From a virus (Duplodnaviria; Caudoviricetes), in the IMG/VR virus record IMGVR_UViG_3300020044_006406, positions 1-24,398 of that record: a DNA stretch of 24,398 bases. One strand, given 5' to 3'. The notes beneath the pieces were generated by a model. It was not told the DNA's origin, did no database searches, and saw only the letters and a program-made list of their open reading frames with translations. Shown here piece after piece: positions 6,157 through 14,078 of this stretch. The translations under genes were made by a program, and so were the position numbers. The first letter of the stretch is position 1, and each line of letters starts with the position of its first letter.

Positions 6157-6171
6157 CAAATATAATAAATT
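6157..6171 (-). promoter_or_regulatory. Promoter for the HNH gene
   Basis: AATTTATTATATTTG, identical to 3986-4000, then 4 nt and ATG; upstream TTTG at 6185-6188. Confidence 0.75.
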
Positions 6172-6198
6172 TATCCTAATAATACAAATCTTTTGGTG

Positions 6199-6381
6199 TC
6201 ATAATATTTCATATTTAAAATTAGAAGTTTGCCCTATTTCATCTCCAGCTTCATTACTCCACAATATTAGCATTGTATTTTCTTTGTCAGTTAAAGTTTC
6301 AATAAACCATTCTTTTTCTTCATCATCATTAAACCATAGAGTTTCATCAACTTCTATCTCACATTCTATTTTTATTTTCAT
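6199..6381 (-). CDS. Hypothetical acidic protein
   Basis: 60-aa ORF whose start overlaps the upstream stop. Confidence 0.65.
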   Translation of the reverse strand: MKIKIECEIEVDETLWFNDDEEKEWFIETLTDKENTMLILWSNEAGDEIGQTSNFKYEIL

Positions 6382-6575
6382 AATGTTTTTTTATAAATTT
6401 CTAATAGTTCTTTTATACTCCATTCTCCTTTAGGTTTACCTTCTGAATCAATGAACCACTCTGCAAATCCAATAGCAAATTCTTCTGCTACTTTTACTGA
6501 TTTATCTGCAAATCTTCCAGCTTCGCCTTGTGTATTTATAGATGTGGTTGGCTTTAATTTATCTCTTAGTGTCAT
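6378..6575 (-). CDS. Hypothetical phage protein
   Basis: 65-aa ORF with EEFAIGFAEW...KELLEIYKK pattern. Confidence 0.7.
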   Translation of the reverse strand: MTLRDKLKPTTSINTQGEAGRFADKSVKVAEEFAIGFAEWFIDSEGKPKGEWSIKELLEIYKKTL

Positions 6576-6615
6576 ATCTAAAACTTTGTATTTATAGTCG
6601 AAATTTCGACTATTG

Positions 6616-8934
6616 TTAAAATGCTAAATCGTTATCTTCTTCTTCTACTTCTCCAATCATAAACCATTTCATTCCGTTGCTATTGCCATCTGTATATTTC
6701 AAATCTTTGAACTGACAATATTTCTGTATGAATATTTGGAATCGTTTATGTGTTAATTTGAATTGAGCGAAATCGGGATAATCTCTTTTGAAATTATCTA
6801 AATATATTTGCTTATCTAATCGTATTCCCATCGGTAGGTTTTCGCTATCCATTGTCCATTCGTTAAACTCAGGAGATGTACTTGCTATAAATCTACGTAG
6901 TTGGGTATTCTTACTATTTTGTGCAATAAGACCAAAGGTAAAGTAATCTTGTAAACATTCAACCATATAATTGTCAAATCTATGGAAATCTTCCAATTCC
7001 CAATCATCAAACAATTGCCTTCCGAAATCCTGCTCAGGAGTTAGGTTTTTGCCATAGAATTGAGCAATCTCTAATTCGTGTCTTCTACGGTCTTGCGAGT
7101 GTCCATCTCCTTTGATTGCATAATTGGTTGATATAATTACCTTTGGAGATTCGTGAACATTTAACTTAATCGCATCCTTATTCTTCTTCTCCAGCGTAAT
7201 CCCCTCTGTAATTAAGCTAAAATTATTTTCAAAGTCAAATCCTTTTTTTACATCATCAAACACAAGAACTTTGGTTTCTAACGATATGGTCTGATATGCA
7301 AATGATTTCTTATTATCGTATTGCTTACCATCTATAATATCTGTTCTTCTAATTTGACCGATGCCTTGTACAAACAATCCTTTTCCAGTTCCTCCTTCGG
7401 GAGATTCAGATATAATTTCATCATTAAGGATTACAGCTTTGTTTTGAGAACGATTTTTATAATTCAATAGTAAGTAACCTATCGTGCATTTCATTGCGGT
7501 AGAATCCTCGTGGGATATGTTCTCTATGAATTTCTGATAGTCATTGTCAGTTGTGTTTGTTTTTACCCAATTACGTTCTAATATTTGACTTTCCCATATA
7601 TACTCATCCATCTCAAAATATTCCTTCAATTCTGTTCCTGTTTGTGTTACTTTTAAAACACCATTTGAGAACGGAATATAACTATAATCTTTGGAATCCT
7701 TCAGCATCATTAAGTCGATAGTTTCAAGCATTATCAAGTATTGCTCCGTAAACAAGTTATGATAGGTTGAGCAGTAATTAAAAACATCAATATGCTTTCC
7801 TTGAAGTAGGTAGGTAAGAACAAAATCCTTAATCCTTGATATAGACGACTCCTTTACTTTATTTTCGCTTATGAATACAAACATCGGTTTGTCGCTACCA
7901 TTTGGGTAGTGCTTAGCAAATCCTTTTTCCTCCAAAAACATTTTATATTTAAGGGAATCAATCTTTACATTGTCCTTTTTATCCAAGAACCAAAAGTTAG
8001 AGTTTTCACTTACTTCTTTCAAGTCATCAAACGTACTCTCATCGATATTGTGGATTTTCATTACTTCTGCTTTGCCCCGATGCAAGTCCAATTTAATTCT
8101 GTCTATTTTCTGATAATCCTCGAAGTATTTAGAATCGAATTGTCTTTTACGGTAGGCAGATTTAATTGTGTTCTTTGCTTCTTGCTCTGAAAAATCTCCA
8201 ATGATTACGTTATTTATAATATATCCTTCGGCAGTATACTGACTGATTCCGTACTCACAAAACGCTCCAGCTATATCGAAGACAAATGCGTTACGCTCTC
8301 CATCATTAAATCCTTTACCCCAATTGAATTTCATTATCTTATCAATGATTTTATCCTCATCACCAATTGGAACTAATGGCACACGTTCTGAAATTGTAAA
8401 CCCTTCATCAATTAGTTTTGCATCAAACATTTCAGCATCGTAATTAACATAGATATTCGGGTCGTAAGATTCAAAACAAACTCTGTCTACATTTGAATTA
8501 GCAATGTCAAAATAATCAAAATCAAATTTCTTCTGAAATGCTTTGAAGTATTTAGGATGAGTTTCCTTTGTAGAAACTGGGATTTTTACAACTCCTTTTA
8601 TACCATTCCCTGAAGGAGAAATAAACAATAACACGAAGTGTGGATTTTGCTTCAATAATTCAAAATGTTCGTTAATAACGTCATTATTGGGGTATTTGTC
8701 GTAATCTACAACCATTAGTCCTGAATGAGTAATCAATCCATTTGAATTTCTTTCGCTAAACTCTCCTGCAAATAAGATACAAGGTAGTTGTTTTTTTAAA
8801 TCCTCTCCATTGCGGATGCGTTCGATTAGGTCTTTACTTTTACCTTCTTTTATTCGTGCTACAACTTTTTCGATTGGAACAATGAATGGAACTTCTTTTG
8901 ATTTTAATAAATCTTTGAATACTGATATTTTCAT
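6616..8934 (-). CDS. Primase-helicase (BT4734/VirE-N-like primase domain, PriCT, P-loop helicase)
   Basis: LKKQLP..F.G.F..R, HSGLMVVDYD, FISPSGNGIK, RVCFESYDP; GERN (PriCT); Walker A GGTGKG, Walker B VLVFDD, ISTN. Confidence 0.88.
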   Translation of the reverse strand: MKISVFKDLLKSKEVPFIVPIEKVVARIKEGKSKDLIERIRNGEDLKKQLPCILFAGEFSERNSNGLITHSGLMVVDYDKYPNNDVINEHFELLKQNPHFVLLFISPSGNGIKGVVKIPVSTKETHPKYFKAFQKKFDFDYFDIANSNVDRVCFESYDPNIYVNYDAEMFDAKLIDEGFTISERVPLVPIGDEDKIIDKIMKFNWGKGFNDGERNAFVFDIAGAFCEYGISQYTAEGYIINNVIIGDFSEQEAKNTIKSAYRKRQFDSKYFEDYQKIDRIKLDLHRGKAEVMKIHNIDESTFDDLKEVSENSNFWFLDKKDNVKIDSLKYKMFLEEKGFAKHYPNGSDKPMFVFISENKVKESSISRIKDFVLTYLLQGKHIDVFNYCSTYHNLFTEQYLIMLETIDLMMLKDSKDYSYIPFSNGVLKVTQTGTELKEYFEMDEYIWESQILERNWVKTNTTDNDYQKFIENISHEDSTAMKCTIGYLLLNYKNRSQNKAVILNDEIISESPEGGTGKGLFVQGIGQIRRTDIIDGKQYDNKKSFAYQTISLETKVLVFDDVKKGFDFENNFSLITEGITLEKKNKDAIKLNVHESPKVIISTNYAIKGDGHSQDRRRHELEIAQFYGKNLTPEQDFGRQLFDDWELEDFHRFDNYMVECLQDYFTFGLIAQNSKNTQLRRFIASTSPEFNEWTMDSENLPMGIRLDKQIYLDNFKRDYPDFAQFKLTHKRFQIFIQKYCQFKDLKYTDGNSNGMKWFMIGEVEEEDNDLAF

Positions 8935-9815
8935 TATTGTATATTTTTAAATATATGTGCAATTACATCAACAGTCCAAGAGTTCCCCAACGCTTCCAAT
9001 CTTTTATTTTTAGATATTATAGAAGTGTAATTGTCAGGTAATGTTTGACATCTTTCCGCTTCTACTGGATGTAATCTTCTGTATATATCTTTTTCATAAT
9101 CTATTAATATGTTTAATTTATTAGAAGGATTAGCTTTTGGTAATGTGCAAATTTTACCTTCTTTGTAATAAGCTCTATCTTGTTGCGACCAGTACTGTTT
9201 TCCACTTAAATCCCATTTTACATAGTTTTTAGTTTTCTTTTTAGTGTTTACAATCCTAATGTCAGTAAAGATAGAATAGGTATCATCATATATAATATCT
9301 TTTACTAATATACCTTTATCGATAGGTTGTTCTATACTTTCTATATTAGTCCAATAGTATCTTAACCTATTTTGAGCAGAAACTAATGCACTATTTATAA
9401 TTATTGGTTTAACTTCTAAATGCTCTGAAATGACATCTTGATACTCTTGTTTCATTCTGACATTTTCTAACAATAATTTTACATTTGGATTTAAAGATTT
9501 AATATGTTTTAATATATCTGAAAACTCAAAAAACAATTTACTTCTTTCATCTTCAAAATTTAATTGTTTACCTGCAAAGCTAAATCCCTGACACGGACTT
9601 CCTCCCATAACTAAATCAATAGTACTAAAATCAATATCCCATTCTTTCCAATTTGTAACACTACCTAACTGAATAGTATTAGGATAGTTTTTCATTGTTA
9701 CTTGTATAGCATATTTATCTATCTCACTTGCGTAGTAATTATCTACTTTAATTCTAGCTCTCTCTAAAGCTACTTGACCTGCCGATATTCCATCGAATAA
9801 ACTTAATACATTCAT
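8934..9815 (-). CDS. DNA (cytosine-5)-methyltransferase
   Basis: Motif I LSLFDGISAG, IV GGSPCQ, VI LLENV, VIII QNRLR, X LGNSW. Confidence 0.95.
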   Translation of the reverse strand: MNVLSLFDGISAGQVALERARIKVDNYYASEIDKYAIQVTMKNYPNTIQLGSVTNWKEWDIDFSTIDLVMGGSPCQGFSFAGKQLNFEDERSKLFFEFSDILKHIKSLNPNVKLLLENVRMKQEYQDVISEHLEVKPIIINSALVSAQNRLRYYWTNIESIEQPIDKGILVKDIIYDDTYSIFTDIRIVNTKKKTKNYVKWDLSGKQYWSQQDRAYYKEGKICTLPKANPSNKLNILIDYEKDIYRRLHPVEAERCQTLPDNYTSIISKNKRLEALGNSWTVDVIAHIFKNIQ

Positions 9816-9829
9816 ATTGTTATAATTTA

Positions 9830-9920
9830 AAGAGCCTTAAATCATTGCCATCCACTGCAAATCATTAAGGCTCTTATGGTTTTTACACCTAATTTCTTAA
9901 AGTATGTGGATGTTATACTT
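9830..9920 (-). ncRNA. Kissing-loop leader RNA, copy B
   Basis: AAGTAT(AA-CATCCAC)ATACTT ... AAGAGCCTTAA-TGAT-TTGC(A-GTGGATG)GCAA-TGAT-TTAAGGCTCTT; the two loops are exactly complementary. Confidence 0.75.
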
Positions 9921-10041
9921 ATATGTGAGTCGTACGACTTACAATTTAATGTTAGATAAACCCCATTTTTTAGGGTCTTTCTTACCACGAATGGTAATGT
10001 TCATTAACAATGAACAGCTGAAAAAAATGAACACATTGGTT

Positions 10042-10069
10042 AAAAAACCCCCGAATTTCAGTTCAGGGG
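10042..10069 (-). terminator. Intrinsic terminator
   Basis: CCCCTGAA(CTGAAA)TTCGGGGG followed by TTTTTT on the minus strand. Confidence 0.85.
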
Positions 10070-10246
10070 AATTAAGTAACGTAAGAAAGCACCAACAAAC
10101 GTACGTTATAAAATGTTAGCCTTTCCCACCGTTCTTACTAACTCGCTAATTAACGCTTCATTTTTTAGCTCCCGATACCACAATCCTGTAAAGTGGATTT
10201 GTATTCCCTTTAGTTTTCTTTACTTTCTAAAGCCAGTTACTTTATG

Positions 10247-10909
10247 CTAAAATGGCATATGGTCTACCTCTTCCTCAACATCAATATCCTCAACATCAAC
10301 TTTAGCAAGATATGTTTTAAGATATGCTTCTAACTCATCAAACTTTGCATCAGCATCTCTTGCTTCTAAGTCGTGAATATCATCACCTATTGTGAAGTTT
10401 GGTACGGAGAATACAACCTTACCTTTTTTACTCTCGGTAGCAGTTTTTACATTTACCCAAGTACGAGTAATGCTTTGTCTGTTTGCTTTTACAAACTCTC
10501 CCCATTGTTGGGTAGCAGAACCCTTCAACTGGATGTTAGCTAACGATCCATCTTCTAACATAATGTAGACAGACTTTGAGTAGTGTCCACCTGCGTTCTT
10601 AACACGCTCTTTAATCTCATTGTATAATCCTTTGGCAATCTCTCCGCCTTTAAAAGCCTTAACGGTCATTGGTTCTTTAGAAAGATACTTAACCTCATTT
10701 GCGAAGATACCCGAAGAACTGGCATCATTCCAACCTTTAACGGTTGATAGTTCGTCAAGGAAAACAAACTTAAATGGAAGCGATACTTCAACATTTTTTG
10801 CTAATCCTTTGTCGTAATAAGAAAATCCCTTTTGGTCAGATTTCCACTCTAAAAATTTGGTAGCTGGATTTTTAGATCCTCCAGCGAAAACTTGTGTGCG
10901 ATTGCTCAT
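10247..10909 (-). CDS. Putative single-stranded DNA-binding/annealing protein
   Basis: Beta-rich 220 aa with acidic tail ending VEDIDVEEEVDHMPF (SSB-Ct-like); upstream of the primase. Function inferred. Confidence 0.6.
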   Translation of the reverse strand: MSNRTQVFAGGSKNPATKFLEWKSDQKGFSYYDKGLAKNVEVSLPFKFVFLDELSTVKGWNDASSSGIFANEVKYLSKEPMTVKAFKGGEIAKGLYNEIKERVKNAGGHYSKSVYIMLEDGSLANIQLKGSATQQWGEFVKANRQSITRTWVNVKTATESKKGKVVFSVPNFTIGDDIHDLEARDADAKFDELEAYLKTYLAKVDVEDIDVEEEVDHMPF

Positions 10910-10958
10910 GGCATATAAATATTAATTAGGAGAAATTATGTTGCTCTCCCATAACAAC

Positions 10959-10978
10959 TTTGACAAAGATAATACTTT
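10959..10978 (-). promoter_or_regulatory. Promoter (-7 TATCTTTG), repeat copy 3
   Basis: AAAGTATTATCTTTGTCAAA, 19/20 match to the other two copies. Confidence 0.75.
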
Positions 10979-11190
10979 TATTCAGTTACCCAAATAAAAT
11001 TGAAAGAAAATACAAAAAAAAGTATTTGGATGATATGCTCGGTATCTTCTTCTTCAATTTCCTCACTATTATATAACGCTCCGAGCATTATACCCTTGAT
11101 TGGAACTATTGTTATTTCTCCTTGATAATGGTAAATTACTTCCATTAATACCCAAACTATTCCTACTAATAAACATATTGACTGTATCAT
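10978..11190 (-). CDS. Small membrane protein
   Basis: Hydrophobic N- and C-terminal segments; ATGA overlap with the upstream ORF. Confidence 0.65.
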   Translation of the reverse strand: MIQSICLLVGIVWVLMEVIYHYQGEITIVPIKGIMLGALYNSEEIEEEDTEHIIQILFFVFSFNFIWVTE

Positions 11191-11315
11191 TTCGCTAATC
11201 TTATTAAGTTAATTTTTCTGTACACTTCGTTTACTCGTTCAGAATTAAGACCTCTTTTGTAGTTGAAGTTCATAACTCTTAATATTCTCTGCCAATCGCT
11301 ATACTTTTTCTTCAT
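11187..11315 (-). CDS. Small basic hypothetical protein (42 aa)
   Basis: Manual translation MKKKYSDWQRILRVMNFNYKRGLNSERVNEVYRKINLIRLAK*. Confidence 0.6.
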   Translation of the reverse strand: MKKKYSDWQRILRVMNFNYKRGLNSERVNEVYRKINLIRLAK

Positions 11316-11622
11316 AGATATATATGTATTTAATTATTTCTTTTAATCCGTTGCAATGGTCGTAAATTTGATTCAGACCTACACCGTTATCTTTAGCGGC
11401 AAGTTTTACAGAATCATATATCTTTCCATCACTTAATCTTTTTATTCTCCTATCGATTGAAAATTCACTTATCGATTTTTTTTTTGCTATTGGAAGTCCA
11501 CGTCTAATGCATTCCAAAACTATAAAATCATAATCATTCCATTTAGGTCTTGGTTTATCCCAAAGGCGATGCTCTTTTACTCCAGCATCCATAAGAATTT
11601 TGCTTATCTCGTGGTTTCTCAT
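11299..11622 (-). CDS. Protein with C-terminal NUMOD1-like HTH
   Basis: IKRLSDGKIYDSVKLAAKDNGVGLNQIYDHCNG pattern. Confidence 0.65.
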   Translation of the reverse strand: MRNHEISKILMDAGVKEHRLWDKPRPKWNDYDFIVLECIRRGLPIAKKKSISEFSIDRRIKRLSDGKIYDSVKLAAKDNGVGLNQIYDHCNGLKEIIKYIYIYEEKV

Positions 11623-11864
11623 AATGATTTTATATATTGTCCATTAGCACTCATAAGCAAGACTATCTCAAATTTTCTATCGTATTCAGTTACAACATAA
11701 TTAAGAATAGAATTTACATCGTTGTACATCTGAACGTACATCATTAGTTCGTTTCTACTCAATTCAGGTTTATGTTTGTAGCCATCAAACTTTTCTTTAT
11801 AGTATATATAAATTAATTCGGTGGGGTTGGTCTGTTTCAATCTGATATAATCTTGCCTTGTCAT
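11619..11864 (-). CDS. Hypothetical protein
   Basis: 81-aa ORF preceded by TATATTTG-TAGA-ATG. Confidence 0.7.
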   Translation of the reverse strand: MTRQDYIRLKQTNPTELIYIYYKEKFDGYKHKPELSRNELMMYVQMYNDVNSILNYVVTEYDRKFEIVLLMSANGQYIKSL

Positions 11865-11877
11865 TCTACAAATATAG

Positions 11878-12105
11878 TTAAAATTTCATTGTTATCTTAC
11901 CTGTTGAGCAACTTAATTTATGAATACCAGCGTATTGACCGCAATAGGGACATTTTATTTCCCAGTACTCATCGCAAGTTCCATCTTTTTTTATCGGTGC
12001 ATCTACGAAATAAGATTGTCTGTACTTATCTGCCATTGCGGTAAATCGATAACAAAATTCTCGTTTGTCGCAATTCTTTCCTGAACATTTACAAATATCT
12101 GCCAT
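11878..12105 (-). CDS. Cys-rich small phage protein (putative Zn-binding)
   Basis: DICKCSGKNCDKREFCYRF...CDEYW...CPYCG...H..SC. Confidence 0.75.
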   Translation of the reverse strand: MADICKCSGKNCDKREFCYRFTAMADKYRQSYFVDAPIKKDGTCDEYWEIKCPYCGQYAGIHKLSCSTGKITMKF

Positions 12106-12475
12106 TTTTCTCTACTTTTATTATAAATTTATCTTCTATTGATGTATCTTTTCTAATATAATACCTATCACTCCATTTAAACGCATCGTACACTTCAAGT
12201 TTTTCATTGTAATTAGTATACACTTTGTATTGATTGTCAGGGTCAAATCTCGCATTAAATATTAAGCAATCCTCATTCCCTTGTTCTATACTGTCTTGCA
12301 TACAAGCATTTCTATTAATCCACACAAATAACTTAATTCTTTCACTTGTGCTTAATGCATTGTAGTGTTTGTTAATTACATCATCCCAAAACATTGCTCT
12401 TGCAATTGGTCTTGGAGGAATACACGCTTCGACTAAAAAGCTAAACTCAAAGAAATCTATATTAAATCTACTCAT
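12089..12475 (-). CDS. Hypothetical protein
   Basis: 128-aa ORF coupled to neighbours. Confidence 0.75.
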   Translation of the reverse strand: MSRFNIDFFEFSFLVEACIPPRPIARAMFWDDVINKHYNALSTSERIKLFVWINRNACMQDSIEQGNEDCLIFNARFDPDNQYKVYTNYNEKLEVYDAFKWSDRYYIRKDTSIEDKFIIKVEKNGRYL

Positions 12476-12621
12476 AATAATTTCTTAAACTTAATAAAAT
12501 CCTTGTTGTTTGCCCACCATCTTTGATTTATAATCTTGATGCGTTCTTTATTTTTTGCTCTGTACTCACGCATATAAGCAGCGTGTTCTTCAGGTGTTTT
12601 CTTCGGTACGTATATTCCCAT
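12472..12621 (-). CDS. Small basic hypothetical protein (49 aa)
   Basis: Manual translation MGIYVPKKTPEEHAAYMREYRAKNKERIKIINQRWWANNKDFIKFKKLL*; TAATG and ATGA overlaps on both sides. Confidence 0.7.
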   Translation of the reverse strand: MGIYVPKKTPEEHAAYMREYRAKNKERIKIINQRWWANNKDFIKFKKLL

Positions 12622-12896
12622 TATAGTAATACTTTAGTTCCTATTTCGTATTTCGCTGGTTGCATTGCTAATTTAAGAAGTACAAACAATCTTTCCGCTT
12701 CTGCGTAATCAATTCTATTTTCTTCTCTAAACTTAGATATTAATCCATTTCCATCATCTACTATTTGCATTGCAACATATCCTTGAACATTGCTTGACCA
12801 TTGACTTGCATCACTATAATACAAAGTATGTCTATTATCATCAATTAATTCATAATCATACTCGTGTATGTCATCTATAAAAATTTGTTTTTTCAT
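12621..12896 (-). CDS. Hypothetical protein
   Basis: 91-aa ORF coupled to neighbours. Confidence 0.75.
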   Translation of the reverse strand: MKKQIFIDDIHEYDYELIDDNRHTLYYSDASQWSSNVQGYVAMQIVDDGNGLISKFREENRIDYAEAERLFVLLKLAMQPAKYEIGTKVLL

Positions 12897-13243
12897 TCTT
12901 TGTTCATTTTACTTGGTACGGTTATACATAAATCATTTTTTAAATACTCACTTAAAATTCTATCAATCCTATGTTGAGGGATGAAAAATACTTTTTCTAT
13001 ATCCATAGCTCTGTTATCACGGTGGGTAAGGAAGTATTCTACAATCGCAAATCTCTCGTTAGGAGTGATAAAATTGCGTGGGTTTTTCATCGTGTGTAGC
13101 AAATCAATATTAGACCTTAAGTAATACAATTTGTGGTTTAGGTTTAATGGTTGGATGTCCAATTTAGCAAATCTCTCAACTACTGTATTCTTACTTATCC
13201 TTAATTTATCTGCTATATCTATTGCAGTTACATAGTTAGCCAT
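12893..13243 (-). CDS. Putative HTH DNA-binding protein
   Basis: TAIDIADKLRISKNTV HTH-like N-terminus and a second HTH-like segment. Confidence 0.65.
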   Translation of the reverse strand: MANYVTAIDIADKLRISKNTVVERFAKLDIQPLNLNHKLYYLRSNIDLLHTMKNPRNFITPNERFAIVEYFLTHRDNRAMDIEKVFFIPQHRIDRILSEYLKNDLCITVPSKMNKE

Positions 13244-13920
13244 TACTTCTGCAATTTGCTATTTATCTTTTCAATATACGCTTCCTTAATAGCAATAGCT
13301 TCTTCCAATCTCTCTTTAATAAGAGCAATCATTTCCTCATCTCTTTTTACTTCTATTGTGTGATGAAATTCCTCACCATCAATGATGCAATAGTTAAAGA
13401 AATATGCCTTATCAGAATTACTACATAACATTTGCATCTGCATTTGAGCATAATATTCCTTATCGATATTCTCATCAGCTACAATCTTAAAGAACTTTGT
13501 TGCTCTTGGACACTTGATTTCAAGTATCGCATCAGAACCTACAACTCCATCGGGAGATGCTCCAGCGTGTTTTCCATAAGGAAACATAAATGATTCAGTT
13601 GCTTCGGGATGCATCTCTTGGAATTTAGCAAAGGCTAATGGCTCTAACTCAACTCCACGTTGCATATCTGCACCACGATAAGAATCTTCAACCTGACCAT
13701 ACAATTCCTCAATTGCTTTTTCAATAGCGTAAGTCTTTCCTGTTTCTCCCAATCCACGAACTCCTAAAAGTTTATGGATTTCCGATGCCGTGAATTTACC
13801 GTATCTTTCTTTAAACCACTCTTTGCTACGCTGGGTTGCCTCGTAGGCATTGGTTGCCTCGTTGGTATGGTTCATTGTGTAGTATTCGCTATACTCTAAT
13901 GCTTGGTGTCTATTGCTCAT
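13243..13920 (-). CDS. YqaJ/lambda-exonuclease family recombination nuclease
   Basis: QRSKEWFKERYGKFTASE, MQRGVELEP, GASPDG, LEIKCP, YYAQMQMQM; ATG at 13920 overlaps the upstream stop. Confidence 0.93.
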   Translation of the reverse strand: MSNRHQALEYSEYYTMNHTNEATNAYEATQRSKEWFKERYGKFTASEIHKLLGVRGLGETGKTYAIEKAIEELYGQVEDSYRGADMQRGVELEPLAFAKFQEMHPEATESFMFPYGKHAGASPDGVVGSDAILEIKCPRATKFFKIVADENIDKEYYAQMQMQMLCSNSDKAYFFNYCIIDGEEFHHTIEVKRDEEMIALIKERLEEAIAIKEAYIEKINSKLQK

Positions 13921-14078
13921 AATGTTTTTAATTTCCAAATTCCTACTAAATTACTTGCGTGTCTTTTTATTGGTATTCTAAATCTATATTGACCTATTTG
14001 GTTTAAACCGATAAAGTTATATACTTCTATAAAATCTCCAATTCCAATTGTCGGTAAAACTTTATATCCTTCTTTCAT
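13917..14078 (-). CDS. Small hypothetical protein (53 aa)
   Basis: Manual translation MKEGYKVLPTIGIGDFIEVYNFIGLNQIGQYRFRIPIKRHASNLVGIWKLKTL*; ATGA overlaps at both ends. Confidence 0.65.
   Translation of the reverse strand: MKEGYKVLPTIGIGDFIEVYNFIGLNQIGQYRFRIPIKRHASNLVGIWKLKTL

Noticed and set aside
8934-9815. Restriction-modification system
   Set aside because: No cognate restriction endonuclease is adjacent; orphan phage methyltransferases are common.
9904-10119. Plus-strand 71-aa ORF
   Set aside because: Opposite to the operon direction and crosses hairpins and a terminator; better explained as structured RNA.
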